Source of the DNA: Macrostomum lignano
Lineage: Eukaryota
Reading direction: 5' to 3'
NCBI GenBank assembly: GCA_002269645.1
Contig: NIVC01001733.1
Location: forward strand, 1 to 64,000
Length of the DNA: 64,000 bases
The position numbers and the translations under genes are program-made. The notes under the pieces are model-generated. The model did no database searches and had not been told where the DNA came from. It was given only the letters and a program-made list of their open reading frames with translations. Every line of letters starts with the position of its first letter. Positions within the stretch are counted from its first letter, which is position 1. Below are positions 55,607 through 64,000 of this stretch, one piece after another.

Positions 55607-56430
55607 CTTAGCAACCATTAAATCAGCCTCCGACCAAGACACCATCACCAAAGCAGCAATCCACGACATCCGATGCCACCGCTGGGACAAAGGCAACCCG
55701 GACCTCAAAGGGCAGCACGGCGTGGCTCACGAGCTGTCGGAGACAGATGGTCTGCTTCTGCGCAACAGCCAGCTGTACATGCCCTCGGCGCTGCGATACC
55801 GATGTCTGCAGCTAGCGCACCAGGGCCACCAGGGCATGAAAAATACTCTGGAGCGCCTGCAAACGAAAGTCTGGTGGCCAGGCAGGAGGACATCGTTAGA
55901 GGCGCACGTGGCCTCCGGCAGAAGCTGTCAAGTTTGCACCACCGCGACTACACCTAGAGCTACGCCCCTGAAACCGACTGAACTTCCAGACGGGCCCTGG
56001 CTCGAACTCGGGATGGACTTCTTGAGTCGCGGCTAGTGTGCACCGACGAATTCTCAAGGTTCCTAGTGGTGGAGATCATGTCCAGCACCACCGCCTCCGC
56101 CGTCACCCGTACTCCGGAAGTGGTTCAGCACCTTCGAACAACCTGCCAAAGTGACGACGGACAACGGACCGCCCTTCGCATCAGCCGAGTTCAGTAACTT
56201 TTTGTCAGAGCAAGGCGCGTGACACCACAGAATCACATCGCTCTACCCACAAGCTAATGGAGCAACAGAGCGGTGTAACCATGCAGGGACTCAACAAGGC
56301 CATCCGTGCAGCCATGGCCGAAGGCAGGGACTGGACGGTGGCCGTCGATGAGTAACTTGCAGCGACAGGTGTACCCCGCACTGTGGTCACGGGTGTCGCA
56401 CCAGCCAGTCTTCTGTTTGGAAAACATTTG
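55607..56430 (+). pseudogene. Degraded older Gypsy pol (integrase), right part
   Basis: ATIKSASDQD...LAHQGHQG...KVWWPG...GPWLELGMDF...TTDNGPPF...QANGATER with stops and frameshifts; collinear with the young element's integrase. Confidence 0.88.
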
Positions 56431-58423
56431 GCATCCAAAGCCTGTTTCGTTTTATTCCCCAATGATTTTTAATCCGCGCTTGGGGAGGAATGTGACATGT
56501 GACGCCGTCAGCTATTGATTTTAGAGCTTGGGGTGCATGCACATGGCCCTTCTATTTATCTTATTAATGCCTACGCGCGCACTCAGATGCACTTCTCACG
56601 CATGAACGTTGCTCAATATGCAAATCGATGTACATCGCTGCTACAATATAAATGCCAATACGCCCAGTTGAGGGGCTAACATTTTCTTCGATCATCGCAA
56701 GCGCCGACCTAGTTCTTTATAGTCATTTCACTGGCGAAAAAATATATTCCAAATTAAATAATGCTAGCTCGATCCTGCCTGCTAAAAAACAAACAGCTAG
56801 GGGCGGCTAAATGCCAAATAAGATCAAATGTGGCATTTAGAATTAAGAATCGTGTCCACTGCTAAATGTGTATCGCGTTTTAACAAACATTTAGGCTCTA
56901 GTTAGCAAGAAAGAAATACAAGTTTCGTGGGGCCTTTTTAGCCAAGTTGTTTTGCTCGAGCGGGTTACTACTACTTTCTCTACTTTTCGTCAAATTGATT
57001 AACAGTTCACAGTTATAATTATGGTCAATGGTCAGGTCGTCATATTCCATTTCGTCATATCGGAAGACGAAGCACCTATGTTTTCCATAAACATCGGCAA
57101 TATAACATGAAAAACTCCCGATGTCTATCGAGCCGTAACATGTTACCGTGTTATAGAATACGGGTTAGAATTCCGTTTTCTATGAAATAATTTATAATGC
57201 GCAGCGAAGCTTCAAACTAAAAATCCACTACGATCCACGACCACTAGCACCAGTATTATTATTAGTACACTAATCCACTAAAAAGCCTCTATCCACTGTA
57301 CTAAAAAGGTTATCGACTATAAATATAGATGACCCTGTCACTAGCCCCCCTAAGGCTTGGTTTTGATAAGATTTGATGTGATCCACACTAGGGCCTATAG
57401 TATTAAATATGTGATATTTCGATAATATAAATGGCCTTAAAAGCCTGATATGCCATTGTGTTCCTGACCTATGACTGACACTTAACAAAACAAGCATTGC
57501 TTAACATTTAAGCCAATAATGTTGCTTAGTTATCAGTGCTGCAAAATTTCAAATGCTAGATTAAAATTGAAACATAATATATTGATACACATTATAGCCT
57601 ACAATAATGTCTAGGCCTAATGTTCATTTTTATACAAAATATAAAGTTTTTATTTTGTCAATTTTGTAAAGCTTCAACTTCAAGATTGGTCTAGGGCTAG
57701 GCTTGTCTCAATTATAATTATATACGTCGTATTTTAAGCTAGGGCCTAGTGATTAAAAGGCTTAAATTAAATTAGGCTAGGCCCTCACCAAAAATATGTA
57801 ATTAGGCCTAATAGTAATCTTTTCCCATTTCTTTCTTTCTTAGAGGCAGGGGGTTGTATGCACCCTGGTGCACTTTAAGCGACATTGGCACACAACTGGC
57901 GAGAGGCATTGCTGCCTATTCCGCCAACTCCCCTGAGCAGGCATACAAGCGCGCAGTTGCAGATACATACACAGGCACACACTCACACAGGAGTGTACAG
58001 CGGCCCTAACTTTATATTATTGTTAGGCTGTACACTTGGCGCATGACCAAGACCGCCACACACCAAGACCGCCACAGCTCTTACTGGCTACTGGAATTGA
58101 GGGGGAGCTACTAATCTTCCAGCATTGCTATTGGTTGTGATGGGTTGTGGAGTTAGATGAGGAGGAAGCGTCCCAAGATTGGTCACGAATAAGTGGCCCA
58201 AAACGATTGCAAGTCAACCAGACAATTTTAACAATATCTTTAACAAAACCACAATTTGTTACTTTTAGCAGTAGATGAGCATGAATAATGCTTTTGAGAG
58301 CAAAAGCTTGAGTAATTAGATTTAACTTCACTTTCAAAAAAGCGCCTCTCAAAATGCAATTGCAGGTTGCTGTAATTTGAAAATTTTTTTACGAGCTCGC
58401 ACATTCGTATATTCGGCGTCTGG

Positions 58424-58683
58424 GGGCCTTTTCATATTGCTTGCTCTGGTTCCAGAACCAGACCCAATTTGTGAAGTATAACTTTTTGTCTCCATAACTA
58501 GACGAAGATACGTACTATAAAGTTTTTATTATTGAATGACAATCGCCAAGAAGAAAGTGAAAAATTGTGCTAAGTTAGGTTGTTAAGGCAGTCAAATATT
58601 AACAGAGTTTAATAGTTATACTGCTGTTTTTCTTGGAATTCCGAACCGATTCTTGTTCTGGAATTGGTAATATGAAAAGGCCC
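58424..58683. mobile_element. Putative MITE (260 bp) with terminal inverted repeats and a 3-bp TSD
   Basis: GGGCCTTTTCATATT ... AATATGAAAAGGCCC (15-bp perfect IR) plus inner TTCCAGAAC/GTTCTGGAA; TGG flanks both sides. Confidence 0.55.
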
Positions 58684-59024
58684 TGGGTGCGTAGTGCATT
58701 ACGGACAAACAAATCTAAGCGTCTTGATATGTGCTATGGTTTGTGGATTTAGAGGTGTCATTCATTTTGACGAAGGTTTACATGTATTTTGACGAAAGCA
58801 AGTTAACAACTATCGTTCACTCACATAACAGAAAAAGCGCATCTTAGGCCCAATGCCTATGATATGTTACATGTCTGGAAATGTACGAGCACGAGCACTG
58901 TGTGTATTTCATTGTGTACTCAAAGCCGGGAATTTCGGAGAAAGCAAAGGGAGGGGATGAGAGTAAATTTACATGCACATGTAATGAGAGAATAAATGGA
59001 GAGGGGTTAAGAGATCTCGATCTC

Positions 59025-59140
59025 TCTCACTCTCACTCTCTCTGTCTCACTCATTTCACACCCACTCCCACACTGACACACTCTCTCACTCTCACTCTCT
59101 TACTCACTCACTCACTCACTCACTCACTCACTCACTCTCT
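59025..59140. repeat. (CACT)n / CT-rich microsatellite
   Basis: Direct reading. Confidence 0.85.
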
Positions 59141-60939
59141 CGCTTTTAATTCATTTCTGAATTTCAGGCACTATAGGCACTATAATAAATTACAGAATTT
59201 TTCACACATTTGATATTTTGCCTCCGATTTTTAAATGCAAATATCCTTTACTCTCGCGCACTGCGGCAACTTTGCACAGGTACAGTGTGAGCTACATGTA
59301 CATGCATTTTTTCAAAGGGTACTGATCGATAAATACTGATTTTGACAATTCTGACATCTCTTCAAAATATACCAAACTTCTTGATACATTTAATGTAATA
59401 AATGTAATACAGAGATGCACGTATGTGCATATGAGTGCAAGGTACATGTACATGTACACGTTTTCCAATCTATCTGTGACGTTTTTTCTAGCCGATCAGG
59501 AATTATCAATAGCAGTCAAATTTTTGCAGCTGAAATCACATTCAGCGTTATGCAAAAAGGAAATATTTGCGAAATCAAAAAGCCGTTTTTAAAGCACTGC
59601 AAACTGTGATCTGAGCCTTGCCGCTCGCAAATAAGTATTGCGGTGTGATGCGCTCCGTTTATATTTCGGGAGTCCATGCGGTGGAGATGCTTGAATTAGG
59701 TGAAAAATCTGCAAACTTGAAGATATCAGTGGATAGGGCAGATCGAAGGGAGATTTGCGAACAAATTGTTAGAAAACAATGGTTGCATACTTTTGCAAAA
59801 TGCTTGCATTCATCTGTTAGAACAGTTGTAGCTAGTATCGGACATGCGAAATATGCAAAATACCATAAGATCGGACCAATGGCACAATCATTTTTTATTT
59901 TAGATAGACTTCTTTTAGTCCCATCAAAGTTTGCATGTACTTCTGAGGTCATGACCTCATGCTCATGCTGTACTTGGCAGATCCAGGTTTTCGCTCCGGG
60001 GACCTCGCTTGGTTGCACTATTACACATGGGAACACCAACTGCAATATAGATGCCACACCCACATACGCTCGTACGTTGCTCAGAATTTAATTGAATTCA
60101 ATCTGATCACACTATATTGAATACCCGCAGCTATTTTGGAATATTTGATAGCTATATCTCTAACGCCGGCCCCTCGTAAAAAATCCGTTACTATCCAAAT
60201 CTTTTTTGTGCCCTCCTTTTGAACTCAGTACATTAATTGGAACTCACAGTTATATATACAAACAGTTTTTTTAAGCTCGACTCGAGTCCATGCAGTTCAG
60301 GGGTTGCACCCAGAGGGGGAGGGGTCAAGGGAGGAAAATTCCGGGGTCTGCCCCCTCTTGCCAGTGCCACCTCTCTCCGTAACACCCCCCCCCCTAAAAT
60401 TTTTTGAGTGCGCCCCTCGTTCCGTTTAAGATTTATGGCTTGGTATTTTAAAAATGCACGGCCGTTGCATGTAGCCTATAAGCGATGAATTTCAGAACCT
60501 ATAAGAGATAACAAGTTAAGTACAGCTGTTTTTGTTACTATACGATCTATTCGCGGTAACTGGGTGGAGAGTATTTGCTTCCTGTCTTGATTTAATAAGA
60601 ACCCTGAGACAGTTGGCTAACCAAGCAAGCTGTCAATGCATTCATTCTAAAAAAGTGATAAATTTTTGTTACCTTGCCTGACAATATGCTATTGCTGGAG
60701 TAGCTAATTTATGATAGTGTTATGCAAAGCTGGAAAAGAAGTCGCTTTGATTTAAACTATCAGAAGGAGAGACAAAGATGTAGTAGAGAGGGATCACAAA
60801 CAGAGATGGGGTCGTGTATTGAAATTAAATTTGAACTTTTTTGCGCAAGCTATTCTGTGCGCAGTTTAAACAGTGATTATGCAATCTAGTAGTTCTACCT
60901 CATTAGTACATGCAGGTATAGTAATTTTAGCATATTATT

Positions 60940-61160
60940 AGAGATTTAGTATTTTTAGACCAGAGCGCTATGGACAAGCAAACATACAAATCTTAGAGAT
61001 TTAGTATATTTAGATTATGGACAAACATACAAATATTAGAGATTTAGTATATTTGGATTTTAAGAAAATCGGTCAAGGACAGTGAGCTCTAGAGCTTTAT
61101 GGACAAGCAAGCAAGCAAGCAAACAAACCTTAGAGATTTAGCATATTTGGATTAGAGATT
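60940..61160. repeat. Imperfect tandem repeat (AGAGATTTAGTATATT...TATGGACAA core)
   Basis: AGAGATTTAG recurs four times with variable spacing. Confidence 0.65.
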
Positions 61161-61385
61161 AAGTATAAATAAGTGCCACATGGAGTTCGGGCTCGAGATG
61201 ACCTATGGAGCTGGCAGCACATTTCGCTTTAAGCACGGTGTAAAAGTTTAAGATCTTGTTATTCGCGCTCACAAGCCAAATGTGCCCCCGCCTCCACAAT
61301 CCAGCAGGGGGTGCAGTGAAATAAAACTGGAGGGGCAGTGGATAAGATGCAAGCAAATTTAGCGAATACGCAGATTTTTTCTTTT

Positions 61386-61722
61386 TTACCTGTGGGCCGC
61401 ATATGGACTGAAATAAAAGTGCAGAATGTAATGGCATGCGAAAAATGATGGCATTTAGAAGGTAATAATTAATAGCTTTACCTGTGCGCCGCATATGGAC
61501 TGAAATAAAAGTGCAGAATGTAATGGCATGCGAAAAATGATGGCATTTAGAAGGTAATAATTAATAGCTTTACCTGTGCGCCGCATATGGACTGAAATAA
61601 AAGTGCAGAATGTAATGGCATGCGAAAAATGATGGCATTTAGGTAATAATTAATAGCTTTACCTGTGCGCCGCAGATGGACTGAAATAAAAGTGCAGAAT
61701 ATAATGGTGTGCGAAAAATGAT
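61386..61722. repeat. 92-bp tandem repeat, about 3.6 copies
   Basis: GCA(T/G)ATGGAC at 61399, 61491, 61583 and 61672. Confidence 0.93.
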
Positions 61723-61837
61723 AATGAGGGAGCTATTTGCTAAGCAAGCAATGAATTGAGATTTATAACTCGATTTAAGTAAAATGGTTAATTATTAAAA
61801 GTTTCCACTTGAATCAGGCAAAACGGAGAGATCGCGA

Positions 61838-63328
61838 TCAATTCTGCTGCGCATCATCCTCGCCCTCTTGCTGCCATCCAGGTTGCGCATGAATATGGCT
61901 GCAGGCCCGGAGAAATGCAGCAATCGACATAGTGCCCTCTCTCAGGTGTCGGCAGAATGTCTCAAAGCAGACATTCACTCGCGCGTACCTAGCATGTACT
62001 TGCTGGTGGTGCGTGACAGCTTGGCCTTGATGAACTTGCTGCAGCAGACGTTGCACCCGCTCTGCATCACGCTGAAGCAGGGTCAGCAGAAGATAGAAAT
62101 TAAGCGCTTTCTCTCCACGCTTGTTGAGCTGCGCGTGCCAAGCCTCCACGGCATTGTTCGTCCTTGTGAACCGCTCAAAGACGCAAATGGCATCCCGGTC
62201 CCACACAGGGTGCTGTAGCCAGGTTGCACGCACGTATTCCGTTTGCTCTAGAAGGCGCTGATTCTCTCCTGCCATTGCAGTGCAGGCTGCAAGGCCATCT
62301 AGCATGCAAGGAGCCGGCAGACAAGGAATCGAAAGCAGCATGCGTACTAATAACTTTACCGCAGGGGAAGTCGCATACTGCACCTGCAATCCAAGAGACT
62401 GGACTCGCCTGAAAACAGCCTGGCAGTAATGAAAAAAGCAGCCACGAACTTGGGCTGCTGGATAAACTAGCCGAATGGCTTGCCAGGCGGCCGACTCAAA
62501 GTCGCAGATAAATTGGACAGGTGCATTACCAGTCAACTCCCATACCTGCCGGAAGCAGGCTTGGTAGTCAGCCTGAGCCTTACCTGACATCAGAAAGAAT
62601 GCCAGTGGTACCAGACGCTCTTGATTGTCGCAGCGAATGGCTCCATGAAGGCTGTACAGCTGCATGAAAGGCGCCTTGACAATGCCGAATGTGCCATCGC
62701 AGTGCAGAATGCGTCGTGTGGACAGGATCTCCCGTTGTATCGCAGACATGAAGACAAAGTGCCGTCCATTTGTCTCTGGCACAGTAACGTCCTGCAAATG
62801 GAACTCTGGGGGCACGTGCTCGGGATCAACCTGAAAATGGATGTTAGCTGGCTCCGCGGGGCGGCTTTTTTTACGAGAATAATTAGCATTGCGACTTAAG
62901 GAATCTATATTAATCACTGCCTGCACTTCTTGGGGGAGATCTCTTACTTTCTCCTCAGCGATGATGCGAGCAGATTTGAATGGCGCTCGCTTTGCTTCCG
63001 CTTTTACCTGAGCTGCAATACGTCGTTTTTTAACTGGCTGATCGACTGGATCGCAGGTGTGCTCTTTCAAGGCTTCAATGGTTCCGTCTTGTCGCTTGAC
63101 GGCTGAGCCCAGGCATTTCGGTGCAGTTTTGTTGCAACGGTAGTAAGTGTTGCCGTTTCGCCGGCTCTTGACATGCATCAAGCGGCCAAGATCACGCCTG
63201 ACGTACTGCACCAGCAAGTCTTTGCCGTGGCTGAATCCAGCACCTGGAAAATGCTCAAAAGCCTGCGGAGGTGGGCTACGAGGCGGCGCCAACTCTGCTG
63301 GAGGCTCGTGAATTGATTCTTCGAGCAC
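61838..63328 (-). mobile_element. Mutator-like (MULE) DDE transposase ORF, about 496 codons, with an N-terminal FLYWCH/WRKY-GCM1-like zinc finger
   Basis: YYRC...C...EHTC; CDGTF (D1), LYSLHG, PLAFFLM, CDFE (D2), GCFFHYCQAV (CxxH), TNNAVEAWH (E); no stops; begins at GTG with no nearby upstream ATG. No TIR identified in the window. Confidence 0.9.
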
Positions 63329-63360
63329 AGGTTCAGCGTCAGCGAAATCGGGATACTGAA

Positions 63361-63960
63361 ATCTCCTCTCCTCTCCTCTCCTCTCCTCTCCTCTCCTCTC
63401 CTCTCCTCTCCTCTCCTCTCCTCTCCTCTCCTCTCCTCACCTATCTCCTCTCCTCTCCTCTCCTCTCCTCACCTCTCCTCTCCTCTCCTCTCCTCTCCTC
63501 TCCTCACCTATCTCCTCTCCTCTCCTCTCCTCTCCTCTCCTCTCCTCTCCTCTCCTCTCCTCTCCTCTCCTCTCCTCTCCTCTCCTCTCCTCACCTATCT
63601 CCTCTCCTCTCCTCTCCTCTCCTCTCCTCTCCTCTCCTCTCCTCACCTATCTCCTCTCCTCTCCTCTCCTCTCCTCTCCTCTCCTCTCCACTCTTCTCTG
63701 TTCTCTCCTCTCATCTCTCCTTTCTTATCATCTCCTCTCCTCTCTTAGCTCGTATCAGCTCTCATCTCCCTTTTCCTCTCCATTCTCTTCTCCCTTCCCT
63801 CGTTCTCTCCTCTCTCTTATATCTCGACTCTCCTCATTCATCTCCCCTCTCCTATTTTATCTCTTTTCTCGTCTACTCTCTTCTCCTTTATTCCTTAGCC
63901 TCTCCTTTCTCCTACGATCGTACTCGTATAGTTCTCTTCTCTATTCCCTATCCTCTCCCT
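63361..63960. repeat. (CTCCT)n microsatellite grading into a degenerate polypyrimidine tract
   Basis: Direct reading. Confidence 0.96.
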
Positions 63961-64000
63961 TCTCTTGCCTGCAATCATCAGGGACTCCTGGGCACGTTTC

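Noticed and set aside
57153-57183. ATAGAATACGG...CCGTTTTCTAT hairpin
   Set aside because: Isolated 11-bp imperfect stem in AT-rich DNA with no associated element boundaries.
59618-60091. Overlapping 157-aa (+) and 134-aa (-) ORFs
   Set aside because: Non-ATG or weak starts, AT-rich codons, no recognisable motif (KVCNHCF is not a THAP signature), no splice support.
60298-60420. CAGGGGTTGCACCCAG ... GAGTGCGCCCCT as possible TIRs
   Set aside because: Several mismatches and no target-site duplication.

Overview
Eukaryotic (metazoan, probably invertebrate) genomic DNA with GC-rich exons, GT-AG introns and AT-rich spacers packed with mini/microsatellites. The style resembles a flatworm such as Macrostomum, but that is inference and was not verified. 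All family calls come from motif recognition by eye; no database search was run. Left to right: (1) 3' part of a polycystin-1-like (PKD1L-type) gene, broken by about 8 frameshifts; (2) a 10-exon, 23.4-kb synaptotagmin-like (Slp4/5/bitesize-type) gene with Rab-binding SHD + Zn finger, an 8.5-kb giant exon built from nested Cys/His-containing protein repeats, and C2A/C2B domains, whose 3' introns hold five different minisatellites; (3) an intact 3-exon orphan gene (about 517 aa, MGKKWF start, poly-Ser); (4) on the minus strand, three co-oriented membrane-protein genes: a small Cys-cluster single-pass protein, a 612-aa CUB/LDLa-like receptor with ITIM/PPxY/PDZ-type motifs, and an intact 5-exon nicotinic acetylcholine receptor alpha-type subunit with several non-canonical binding-site and pore residues; (5) a young Mag-like Ty3/Gypsy element (173-bp LTRs, CTTAG target-site duplication) inserted into the pol gene of an older relative; (6) a MITE-like inverted repeat and a MULE transposase ORF abutting a (CTCCT)n tract. 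No rRNA, bona fide tRNA or CRISPR array was seen.
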